Origin: Microcoleus sp.
GTDB lineage: Bacteria; Cyanobacteriota; Cyanobacteriia; Cyanobacteriales; Microcoleaceae
Reading direction: 5' to 3'
NCBI GenBank assembly: GCA_042408215.1
Contig: JAYFMW010000026.1
Location: forward strand, 128,001-192,000
Length of the DNA: 64,000 nt
The number at the start of each line of letters is the position of its first letter. Position 1 is the stretch's first letter. Shown here piece after piece: positions 10,270 through 19,529 of the stretch. The notes beneath the pieces were generated by a model. It saw nothing but the letters and a program-made list of their open reading frames with translations, was not told where the DNA came from and did not search any database. A program made the position numbers and the translations under genes.

Positions 10270-10402
10270 TGGGTCTTGGGAACCAAGACTCCTGCCCTTG
10301 GAGGCAATGTAAGACCAATAGAATTAGGGAGTTCGCCCTTGGCTGTTGCCAATGAATTGGGAAGCCCGTGCTGTACCTCTATGTCAGCGTCGGGTAGTTC
10401 AC
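10270..10402 (+). mobile_element. Remnant of IS200/IS605 tnpB 3' end with right end (omegaRNA-scaffold-like)
   Basis: Translates as LGTKTPALGGNVRP...AVANELGSP (resembles cyanobacterial TnpB C-termini); ends GAAGCCCGTGCTGTAC..GTCAGCGTCGGGTAGTTCAC. Confidence 0.7.
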
Positions 10403-10433
10403 TTCCCCAAATATTAAATCAGGAGTAGAAAAA

Positions 10434-10775
10434 ATGGCAATTGCAGTTGGTATGATCGAAACTTTAGGCTTCCCGGCAGTTGTAGAAGCCGCCGACGCGA
10501 TGGTCAAAGCTGCCCGCGTCACCCTAGTAGGTTACGAAAAAATCGGTAGCGCTCGCGTTACCGTGATTGTCAGAGGTGATGTCTCCGAAGTGCAAGCTTC
10601 CGTTGCCGCCGGAGTAGAGTCAGTGAAGCGCGTTAATGGCGGACAGGTGATGTCCACCCACATTATCGCCCGCCCTCACGAGAACTTGGAGTACGTGCTA
10701 CCCATTCGCTACACCGAAGCTGTTGAACAGTTCCGGGAAGGCGTGAGCGGCATTCGCCCACTCAATAGATCTTAA
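10434..10775 (+). CDS. ccmK1: Carboxysome shell hexamer CcmK1
   Basis: BMC paralog with about 10-aa C-terminal extension. Confidence 0.95.
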   Translation: MAIAVGMIETLGFPAVVEAADAMVKAARVTLVGYEKIGSARVTVIVRGDVSEVQASVAAGVESVKRVNGGQVMSTHIIARPHENLEYVLPIRYTEAVEQFREGVSGIRPLNRS

Positions 10776-11072
10776 GACAGACGATCGATCGTGGGGCTTT
10801 TGGTAATTAAAAATTAAAAATAAAGAATTAAAAATTGTGATGATTTTTGATTTAGCATTTTTAATTTTTAATTGAGGAGGTGATGGGAGATTGGTTATTA
10901 GTCAGGAGTCAGGAGTCATTAGTTATTAGTCATTAGTCATTAGTCATGAGTAGACAAATAACTCTAAAAGACGGCAAGAAAAATGATGGAGGAAGGCTCA
11001 TAAAAAAAAGACTAATGACACCGAAAAAATGACTGTTACCAATTACCAATTACCAATTACCAATTACCTAAA

Positions 11073-11378
11073 ATGCAAATGGCCAAAGTTCTCGGCACTG
11101 TTGTCAGTACCCAAAAAGAGCCTAGTCTTAGAGGCTCGAAATTTTTACTGCTGCAATTCATCGATCGGGAAGGTTCCCCAGTCCCCGGATATGAGGTGGC
11201 CGCTGACTGTGTGGGCGCTGGTGCTGATGAATGGGTGTTAGTGACCCGCGGGAGCGCTGCCCGGATTGCCCCCGGAAGCGAACACCGTCCGATCGATGCT
11301 TTGGTAGTAGGTATCATAGATACTGTCAATGTAGAAAACCGCCTCATTTACAGTAAAAAAGACGACCCGTACCGCTAG
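11073..11378 (+). CDS. ccmL: Carboxysome vertex pentamer CcmL
   Basis: MQMAKVLGTVVSTQK...GAGADEWVLVTRGSAAR, EutN/CcmL family. Confidence 0.95.
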   Translation: MQMAKVLGTVVSTQKEPSLRGSKFLLLQFIDREGSPVPGYEVAADCVGAGADEWVLVTRGSAARIAPGSEHRPIDALVVGIIDTVNVENRLIYSKKDDPYR

Positions 11379-11547
11379 TTGCAACCGTTAGTCATTAGTA
11401 GAAGTTGACAGTTAACAGTTGACAGTTGACAGTTAACAGTTGACAGTTGACAGCTAACAGTTAACAGCTAACAGCTAACAGTGAACAACTAACAACTAAC
11501 AGCTAACAACTAACAAAAATTTTTTTATGTTCAGGAGCACTTAATTT

Positions 11548-13179
11548 ATGGCAGTCCGCAGTGTTGCGGCTCCCCCCACGCCTTGGTCGAAAAACTTGGC
11601 TGAGCCCAAAATTCACGAAACCGCTTACGTACATTCCTTTTCTAACATTATAGGGGATGTGCATATCGGTTCTAAAGTGCATATCGCCCCAGGGACATCT
11701 ATCCGCGCTGATGAAGGAACTCCTTTTTATATCGGAGAAAGTACCAACATTCAAGACGGAGTGGTGATTCACGGTTTAGAACAAGGCCGAGTCACAGGAG
11801 ACGATGGCAATTCTTATTCGGTTTGGGTAGGGAAAAATACTTCCCTCACTCACATGAGTTTAATTCACGGCCCGGCCTATGTAGGCGACAACTGCTTTAT
11901 CGGCTTTCGCTCTACGGTGTTTAATGCCAGGGTGGGAAACGGTTGCATTGTGATGATGCACGTACTTATTCAAGATGTGGAGATTCCCCCTGGTAAGTAC
12001 ATCCCTTCGGGAGCCGTCATCACTAACCAGCAGCAGGCCGATCGCCTACCAGACGTTCAAGATTCTGACGTTAAATTTGCTACCCACGTCATCGGAGTTA
12101 ACGACGCTCTGAGAACTGGTTATCGCTGCGCCGACAACATCGCCTGTCTGGCACCTATTCGCAATGAACTTTCTAAACATTCGGACATGACTCCAATCAC
12201 TTATTCTACCCAATCCACCAGCAAATTGAGCAATTCGCTAGTCGATAGCGTCCGCAACCTGCTAGCTCAAGGTTACAGCGTTGGAGCGGAACACGCCGAT
12301 GCGCGTCGCTTCCGCACCGGTTCTTGGCGTACTTGCGGGCCCATCTCGTCAACCCGCGAATCTGAAGTAATCAATGCTTTGTCGGCTTGCATGAGCGAGC
12401 ACCAAGGAGAATATGTCCGTTTGATCGGCATTGATATCAAAGCCAAGCGCCGCGTACTTGAGGAAATTGTGCAAAGACCGGGCGACAATGGCTCTAACGG
12501 TTCTAACGGCGCGAAAACTCACCAATCTAACGGTAAAGTTGCCCAAGCTCCTTACCAGAATGCTGCTGCGGTGTCAAGTGGTAAATTGAGTGGGGAGCTC
12601 GTGGCGACTGTTCGCAACTTGCTGGCTCAAGGCTACAAGGTGGGGACGGAACACGCTGATGCGCGCCGCTTCCGCACTAGCTCTTGGCAAAGTGGGGCTT
12701 CTGTGCAAGGGAATAATGAATCTCAGGCGATCGCCACTTTGGAAGCTGTGATGCAGCAGTACCCAGGAGAGTACGTGCGTTTGATCGGGATCGATCCGAA
12801 AGCTAAACGCCGGGTGGTTGAAGAAATTATTCAGCGGCCAGATGGCCCCGTTGCTCAATCTGCTCCACCGGCTGGGACAGCATCCTATAAAGCTGCTCCG
12901 ACAGTGGCTGGTAGCGGGCAGTTGAGCCAAAAGACTGTCGAACAAATCCGCAATTTGCTCTCCCAAGGCTACAAAATTGGTACGGAACACGCCGACGCCC
13001 GTCGTTTCCGCACTGGTTCTTGGCAGAGTTGCGCGCCGATCGATTCGAACCGGGAATCGGAAGTGTTTGCGGCTCTAGAAGGCTGTATGAAAGAACATAG
13101 TGGCGATTATGTCCGCTTGCTGGGAATTGACTCTAAGGCTAAGCGCCGGGTTCTCGAAGAGATGATCCAGCGTCCTTAA
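11548..13179 (+). CDS. ccmM: Carboxysome protein CcmM (gamma-CA domain plus 3 Rubisco SSU-like domains)
   Basis: Hexapeptide gamma-CA N-terminus; three [13 protein letters not shown] repeats. Confidence 0.97.
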   Translation: MAVRSVAAPPTPWSKNLAEPKIHETAYVHSFSNIIGDVHIGSKVHIAPGTSIRADEGTPFYIGESTNIQDGVVIHGLEQGRVTGDDGNSYSVWVGKNTSLTHMSLIHGPAYVGDNCFIGFRSTVFNARVGNGCIVMMHVLIQDVEIPPGKYIPSGAVITNQQQADRLPDVQDSDVKFATHVIGVNDALRTGYRCADNIACLAPIRNELSKHSDMTPITYSTQSTSKLSNSLVDSVRNLLAQGYSVGAEHADARRFRTGSWRTCGPISSTRESEVINALSACMSEHQGEYVRLIGIDIKAKRRVLEEIVQRPGDNGSNGSNGAKTHQSNGKVAQAPYQNAAAVSSGKLSGELVATVRNLLAQGYKVGTEHADARRFRTSSWQSGASVQGNNESQAIATLEAVMQQYPGEYVRLIGIDPKAKRRVVEEIIQRPDGPVAQSAPPAGTASYKAAPTVAGSGQLSQKTVEQIRNLLSQGYKIGTEHADARRFRTGSWQSCAPIDSNRESEVFAALEGCMKEHSGDYVRLLGIDSKAKRRVLEEMIQRP

Positions 13180-13434
13180 TCGGAAGCTAATTAGCATTCT
13201 GAGCCCGTCAATTTGTCTCTGAGTTAACGGGTTCAGAATGCTCTAGCAATTCTCAGTAAGCTCAGGTACGCGAGGCGATTGGTAATTGGTAATTGGTAAT
13301 TGGTAATTACTGAATTGGTAATGGGTAATTGGGAATTACTGAATTCTTCAAAATTAGGCATTTTATCTATCAATTAATACAGTCAAAAATATCGGTGTTA
13401 AACCTAAATCCTAAATCTAAAATGGTTAAGTTGA

Positions 13435-14139
13435 ATGCATTTATCGCCACTGCAATTAAGTAGCAATTCTCAGGTTTGTATCAGTGGCGATGTGGTGGTG
13501 CATGAGGGTGCTGCGATCGCCCCTGGAGCGATCCTACGAGCAGATCCAGATAGCCGGATCTCGATCGCCCCAGGTGCCTGTATCGGTATGGGTGTAATCA
13601 TTCATGCCCGTCAAGGTACTCTGGAAGTGGGAGCGGGTGCGATTCTAGGTGCTGGGGTGTTGATAGTGGGTTCCGGTGCGATCGGCGCAAATGCCTGTAT
13701 CGGCGCGACATCGACGATAATTAATCCTTGTATTGACAAAATGCAAATTTTGCCAGCAGGTTCTTTGATTGGAGATGGTAGCCGCCAAGTCACAGCAGAA
13801 GCAAAACCAGAACCAGAAACCCCCGCAGCCAGTACGCCACCAGTCGCACCACCAGTCGCACCACCAGTCGCACCACCAGTCGCACCACCAGTCGCACCAC
13901 CAGTCGCACCACCAGTCGAGCCACCAGTCGCCGATCGCACAAAGCCTCAAACGCAACCGGAGACAGCCTCAACGCCAGAATCAACGGCCACAGAGCAAGC
14001 TCCTCAACCCGGAGAAATGCCAACGATTTTGTACGGACAAGCTCACATCAATCGGCTGCTGGGGACGCTGTTTCCGCACCGACAATCTTTTAACGGATCG
14101 CCCGAAAACGGTAAAACTTTCTCTGGGGGTTCGGAGTAG
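13435..14139 (+). CDS. ccmN: Carboxysome protein CcmN
   Basis: Hexapeptide N-domain; C-terminal encapsulation peptide LYGQAHINRLLGTLFPHR. Confidence 0.93.
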   Translation: MHLSPLQLSSNSQVCISGDVVVHEGAAIAPGAILRADPDSRISIAPGACIGMGVIIHARQGTLEVGAGAILGAGVLIVGSGAIGANACIGATSTIINPCIDKMQILPAGSLIGDGSRQVTAEAKPEPETPAASTPPVAPPVAPPVAPPVAPPVAPPVAPPVEPPVADRTKPQTQPETASTPESTATEQAPQPGEMPTILYGQAHINRLLGTLFPHRQSFNGSPENGKTFSGGSE

Positions 14140-14343
14140 TCGTTTTTTCGGCAAAAAGCAGCTATGCTAAGGGCAGAAAGATGAAATATAAATAGGTAAT
14201 TTATTATTCTTGGTCGCCCAGCAATTTTTAATGCCTTGTAGCAGAAATATGTGTCTTTCAGCTCATGCAATCATTCTTCTCATTTGACCAACTAAAAGTA
14301 TAGACAAATTGCTATTTTTGGAAGTTTCTAAGGGTGATAGAAG

Positions 14344-15117
14344 ATGAACGGACAAACCAATAATCGTGGTAGCGAATCCCAATCGCAGCGCCAGGAATAC
14401 TTCAAAGACACTGCTTTGGGTTTGGTATCCACCAAAAGTTTTCCGGCAATTGTTGGGACTGCTGACATGATGCTGAAGTCGGCTGGGGTGATTTTAGTAG
14501 GATACGAAAAAATCGGTTCCGGTCACTGTACGGCGATCGTCCGGGGTAGAATTGCTGATGTCCGTTTGGCTGTAGAAGCAGGAGCTCAGACAGCCCAACA
14601 GTTCGGTCAATTTGTTTCTAAGTTGGTGATTGCTAGACCTTTAGCTAATTTGGAAGTGGTTTTGCCGATCGGCTTTCGGCTGACTCAACTGTCTGAAAGT
14701 GGCAGTTATTCTCGTCTGAGCAATCAAGCCGTCGGTTTGCTCGAAACGCGGGGATTTCCGGCAATGGTCGGTGCTTGCGATGCTATGCTCAAATCCGCAG
14801 ACGTACACTTGGCCGCCTATGAGAAAATTGGCGCTGGTTTGTGCACGGCAATTATTCGCGGTGCGGTGGCCGATGTGGTGGTGGCTGTTGAAGCAGGGAT
14901 GTACGAAGCTGAGCGAATTGGCGAGTTGAACGCGGTGATGGTAATTCCGAGGCCTTTGGAGGATTTGGAACAAACTTTACCACTGGCGAGTTGCTGGATT
15001 GAGCAGCGTCAGCCTGTGATGATGCCGATGTCGGTTAAGGAAAAGGAACAAGAATTGATCAAACTTCCAGATTTGCAGAAGTTGACAGTTTCTGTGGAAG
15101 AAGAAATCAATTGGTAG
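14344..15117 (+). CDS. ccmO: Carboxysome tandem-BMC protein CcmO
   Basis: Two BMC domains (FPAIVGTADMMLKSA; FPAMVGACDAMLKSA). Confidence 0.95.
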   Translation: MNGQTNNRGSESQSQRQEYFKDTALGLVSTKSFPAIVGTADMMLKSAGVILVGYEKIGSGHCTAIVRGRIADVRLAVEAGAQTAQQFGQFVSKLVIARPLANLEVVLPIGFRLTQLSESGSYSRLSNQAVGLLETRGFPAMVGACDAMLKSADVHLAAYEKIGAGLCTAIIRGAVADVVVAVEAGMYEAERIGELNAVMVIPRPLEDLEQTLPLASCWIEQRQPVMMPMSVKEKEQELIKLPDLQKLTVSVEEEINW

Positions 15118-15526
15118 TTGGGAGTTGGTAATTGGTAATTGGGAATGGGGAATTGGGAATTACCAATTTGGCCATCCACTTGCGGAAAATACTTAGACGC
15201 AGTTTATGAAAAAGATATAAATTTTACTATCGGGGACTGCGTACAAGAATTTATACTGAGTTGCTGACTCAAGTTGAATGTTGTGTTAGAGCCGATCGCA
15301 CTTCCAGAATCAGACACAAAACAGCAGCTAAAATCAGACTTTTGCGTGCAACTGGAGCTTGTAAATAATCGAACATGGGAAGTAAATCGAGCCGAGGTGC
15401 TGGCTTTCTCCACAGGTTCAAAGTGCTGTTAAAATAAACCTAAAATCCTGTTTAGGGTAGATTTCCTGGAATCAAGGGAGTGTCAATATAGAACTAGCTG
15501 CGATCGGAAAGTTTAACGGTTGTTAG

Positions 15527-15679
15527 ACCAATTTAATGGGTCGTTGCATATATCTCGATCCCCCTAAATCCCCCTTAATAAGGGGAGTAGGGGTTGACTT
15601 TGAGCAGAATCTTGTTCCCCCCTTATTAAGGGGGGTTAGGGGGGATCAGATTCTACGGGGCCTCATAAAAAACTGGTAT
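15527..15679. mobile_element. MITE-like element (shell B), inverted relative to 90-248
   Basis: Reverse complement aligns by eye with 90-248. Confidence 0.7.
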
Positions 15680-15743
15680 TAGACCCAAAAATGACTGCCA
15701 ACAAATCAACCACTAGAATCAAGCAATCCTGCAAGTTTCACCT

Positions 15744-16787
15744 ATGAATCTTAAGCAATTTTACAAGCGCGGTTTGCATAGCGCCAAGAAAGGAAACTAC
15801 TTCGAGGCGATCGGCGACTTCGATCGCATACTGCAACTCAACCCAGCCGACGCCAAAGCCTACAACAATCGCGGCTTGGTGTATTATTACATGAAAGATT
15901 ACCAAAAAGCAATTGCTGACCTCAGTCAAGCACTGGCTCTCAATCCTAATTTGTTTGAGGCCTACTTGAATCGAGGGAATGCTTGGCGACATCTCGGAGA
16001 ACACGAAAAAGCTATTGAAGATCTCAACTGCGCTTTAGCAAATAATCCTGACAGCCACGCTATCTACAACAACCGTGGACTGGTACTTGCTAATTTAGGA
16101 CATTACGAAGAAGCAATTCAAGACTACGATCGAGCAATATCGATCAATTCCCATAATTATAAAACCTATTACAACCGAGGACGCGCTTACTACCTTTTGG
16201 GAGACAAGGAAGCCGGAATTGAGAATTTCAACGAAACGCTGCGGCTGAACCCTAGATATATCAAAGCTTACATAAATCGCGGTCTTTCTTATCACCAATT
16301 AAAAGACAATACCCAGGCGATCGCAGATTATGACACAGCACTCGGTATCGATCCAGGAAATGTCTATGCGTATTATAACCGAGGTTGCGTGCGCTACAAG
16401 CTAAAACAGATGAAGCTTGCCATTGAAGACTTTAACAAGGCAGTCGAAATCGATCCAAACTATATTAAAGCTTATCTCAACCGGGGTTTAGCGTTGTATA
16501 AACTTGGAGATGTTACGGCTGCGAACAAGGATTTTTACCACGTAATGTGCATTAATGCTGAAGCTTATTCATACTATCAAGCACAGCGCTGCACCCCTGA
16601 CATTAATGTTTATTTTAAGGATGCGCCGCAGATGGAATTGAATAATGCTGTAGAATACTACAACACAACATTAAACAATACAATTTCAACTTCATTAAGT
16701 TCCGCAGCATTAAACTCGATCTGGAATCAAGAAGATTTGGACAAAAGAGACTCGATTATCTGTGAAGGTGAATTTATGAATGATTGA
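15744..16787 (+). CDS. Tetratricopeptide repeat protein
   Basis: About 8 repeats of AYxNRG...AIxDy..Al.l.P. Confidence 0.9.
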   Translation: MNLKQFYKRGLHSAKKGNYFEAIGDFDRILQLNPADAKAYNNRGLVYYYMKDYQKAIADLSQALALNPNLFEAYLNRGNAWRHLGEHEKAIEDLNCALANNPDSHAIYNNRGLVLANLGHYEEAIQDYDRAISINSHNYKTYYNRGRAYYLLGDKEAGIENFNETLRLNPRYIKAYINRGLSYHQLKDNTQAIADYDTALGIDPGNVYAYYNRGCVRYKLKQMKLAIEDFNKAVEIDPNYIKAYLNRGLALYKLGDVTAANKDFYHVMCINAEAYSYYQAQRCTPDINVYFKDAPQMELNNAVEYYNTTLNNTISTSLSSAALNSIWNQEDLDKRDSIICEGEFMND

Positions 16788-16984
16788 TTTAGTTATTAGT
16801 CATTAGTCATTGGTCATTAGTCATTGGTCATTAGTCATTAGTCATTGGTCATTGGTCATTAGTCATTAGTCATTAGTCATTGACGGTGCCGGCTCAGCTT
16901 CGTCGAAGAGTCATTAGTTGATATGTAGGTTGGGTCTAGATCGCGAAACCCAACCTACTTTTAAAGTCCTGACTACGAACCGAA

Positions 16985-18283
16985 CTAAATGCTGCTCATT
17001 ACTTCACGAGCAGCGGCCAAAGTGCGATCGACATCTTCGTCTGTGTGAGCCAAAGAAGTAAATCCAGCTTCAAACTGCGAAGGAGCCAGATAAATACCAT
17101 GCTCCAACATTCCCCGGTGAAAGCGGCCGAACTTTGCCACATCCGACTTTTTCGCATCATCGTAATTGTGAACCGGACCGGCCGCAAAAAACAAACCAAA
17201 CATCCCGCTAATTTGTCCACCACAAACGGCGTGTCCAGTTTCCTTAGCAATTTGCAACAAACCGTGAGACAGTTTTTTGGTAATCCGATCCAACTGTTCG
17301 TAAGTACCAGGTTTTTGCAACAATTCCAAAGTCTTAATCCCAGCAGTCATCGCCAAAGGATTACCCGACAGCGTACCAGCTTGATACATCGGCCCAGCAG
17401 GAGCCACCATCCCCATAATATCGCGCCGTCCGCCGTAAGCTCCCACAGGCAAACCGCCACCGATAACTTTACCCAGAGTAGTCAAATCTGGAGTGACACC
17501 GAATTTTTCCTGAGCTCCGCCGTAGGCGATGCGGAAACCGGTCATTACTTCATCAAAAACTAACAAAGCACCGTTATCTTTAGTAATTTCCCGTAAACCT
17601 TCGAGAAAACCTGCATCCGGCACAATAAATCCAGCATTACCCACAACAGGCTCCAGAATTACGCCTGCGATCTCGCCCGGATTTTCGGCAAACAAAGCCT
17701 TTACGGCTTCCAAGTCATTGTAGGGAGCGTTGAGGGTGTTTGCGGTAACAGATTTAGGTACACCAGGGGAGTCAGGAAGGCCGAGAGTGGCGACACCAGA
17801 ACCGGCTTTTACCAAGAACATATCAGCGTGCCCGTGATAGCAGCCTTCAAACTTAATCAGTTTGTCGCGCCCGGTGAAGGCACGCATCAGGCGCAAAACG
17901 GCCATACAGGCTTCGGTGCCGGAATTAACAAATCGCACCATTTCGATGCTGGGAACGGCATCTATGACCATTTCAGCGAGCACATTTTCCAAGAGCGAGG
18001 GTGCTCCGAAACTGGTACCTTTTTCTAAAGATTCGTGAAGAGCTTTGATGACTTCAGGGTGGGCGTGGCCGCAGATAGCCGGGCCCCAAGTACCTACATA
18101 GTCGATGTATTGGTTTTCGTCAACGTCCCAAATATAGGCTCCTTTGACGCGATCGAATACAATAGGTTGTCCGCCTACAGATTTGAAGGCGCGGACGGGG
18201 GAACTGACGCCACCGGGCATCAATTTCTGGGCGGCGGCGAAAATTTCTTCTGATTTGGTCGTTTTCAAGGTTGTGGAAACCAA
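16985..18283 (-). CDS. hemL: Glutamate-1-semialdehyde 2,1-aminomutase
   Basis: [32 protein letters not shown] start with AAGGAG RBS. Confidence 0.97.
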   Translation of the reverse strand: MVSTTLKTTKSEEIFAAAQKLMPGGVSSPVRAFKSVGGQPIVFDRVKGAYIWDVDENQYIDYVGTWGPAICGHAHPEVIKALHESLEKGTSFGAPSLLENVLAEMVIDAVPSIEMVRFVNSGTEACMAVLRLMRAFTGRDKLIKFEGCYHGHADMFLVKAGSGVATLGLPDSPGVPKSVTANTLNAPYNDLEAVKALFAENPGEIAGVILEPVVGNAGFIVPDAGFLEGLREITKDNGALLVFDEVMTGFRIAYGGAQEKFGVTPDLTTLGKVIGGGLPVGAYGGRRDIMGMVAPAGPMYQAGTLSGNPLAMTAGIKTLELLQKPGTYEQLDRITKKLSHGLLQIAKETGHAVCGGQISGMFGLFFAAGPVHNYDDAKKSDVAKFGRFHRGMLEHGIYLAPSQFEAGFTSLAHTDEDVDRTLAAAREVMSSI

Positions 18284-18638
18284 AGTTTTCTCCTTAGTGA
18301 ACGTCTATTGTTGGTAGAATACTTTAATAGCGACTTCAAGATAAAGGTTAGGTCGATTCAAGGAAACTATGTTAGTAGATTTTAGGATACAAACCAATGA
18401 GTAGCAATACTATTTTGAGTTTTTCAGGCTTTGTGGTACTAGCACCGTGAAGCGAAGCTATCCCGTAGGGAATCGCCCGAAAGTGTAATATTTTGTAAAA
18501 TAGTTCTTGACAATTTGCCCACCACTTCCTCAATCTCCTCTCTTCTCTAACTCTGCGTCCTCTGCGCTCTCTGCGGTTAATAAAAAAAAATATCCGTCAA
18601 GAAAGCGTAAATGTATATTACAAAGTTGAAATAAAATT

Positions 18639-19289
18639 ATGTCTGCTACGGATTTATCTAGTTTGAGCCGATCGATCCCAATTGAAAAGATCCGTTACGA
18701 CGATCGAGGTTTAGTACCAGCGATCGTCCAAGATTACTTAGACGGTACAGTGTTGATGATGGCATGGATGAGTCGGGAGTCGCTGCAAAAAACCCTAGAA
18801 ACCGGACAAACTTGGTTTTGGAGTCGATCGCGCGCCGAATTGTGGAACAAAGGGGCGACTTCGGGACACCTTCAAAATGTCAAAGGGCTGCGCTATGACT
18901 GCGATAGCGATGCGTTGCTACTCACTGTCGAACAAGTGGGAGATATTGCTTGTCACACGGGAGAAAGAAGTTGTTTTCACCAAGTTGACGGGGAAATTGT
19001 AGCGCCGCCAGGGGATATGTTATCTCAATTGTTTGCGGTAATTTGCGATCGGCGCGACAACCCTAACGAAAGTTCTTATACTTGTAAATTGTTCGCGGGT
19101 GGCGACAACAAGATTCTCAAAAAAATTGGCGAAGAATCGGCCGAAGTCGTGATGGCTTGCAAAGATGATGACAAAGATGGAATTGCTGGGGAAGTTGCGG
19201 ATTTATTTTATCACGCTTTGGTTGCTTTAGCTCACCATCAAGTTGATTTGAGAGAAGTCTATCGCAAATTGGGCGATCGGCGAAAATAA
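18639..19289 (+). CDS. hisIE: Bifunctional phosphoribosyl-AMP cyclohydrolase/phosphoribosyl-ATP pyrophosphatase
   Basis: [33 protein letters not shown]. Confidence 0.97.
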   Translation: MSATDLSSLSRSIPIEKIRYDDRGLVPAIVQDYLDGTVLMMAWMSRESLQKTLETGQTWFWSRSRAELWNKGATSGHLQNVKGLRYDCDSDALLLTVEQVGDIACHTGERSCFHQVDGEIVAPPGDMLSQLFAVICDRRDNPNESSYTCKLFAGGDNKILKKIGEESAEVVMACKDDDKDGIAGEVADLFYHALVALAHHQVDLREVYRKLGDRRK

Positions 19290-19339
19290 TCAAAAATTGG
19301 TAATTGGGAATTGGGAATTCGGCGTTACCAGGCTCTTTA

Positions 19340-19510
19340 AATCTCTCCCATAATTATTGTGGAACAGGCATATTGCCTGTTCTTGACTATCTTTTTGGGA
19401 GATGTCTTTTGTAGTAAGGACTAAAGTCCTTAGTTGCCTAAATTTATGAAAAAGGACTGAAGTCCTTACTACAAACAGATGAAGGACTGAAGTCCTTACT
19501 ACAAACAGAT
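19340..19510. repeat. Family C element (inverted) followed by AAGGACTGAAGTCCTT palindromic repeats
   Basis: Three AAGGACT(A/G)AAGTCCTT hairpins, the last two in tandem with ACTACAAACAGAT tails. Confidence 0.75.
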
Positions 19511-19529
19511 AATAGTATCGTGACTTTCT

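Noticed and set aside
15204..15432. Possible decayed ORF between ccmO and the TPR gene
   Set aside because: A + strand frame reads open except for one TGA, but I recognise no family and see no start or RBS
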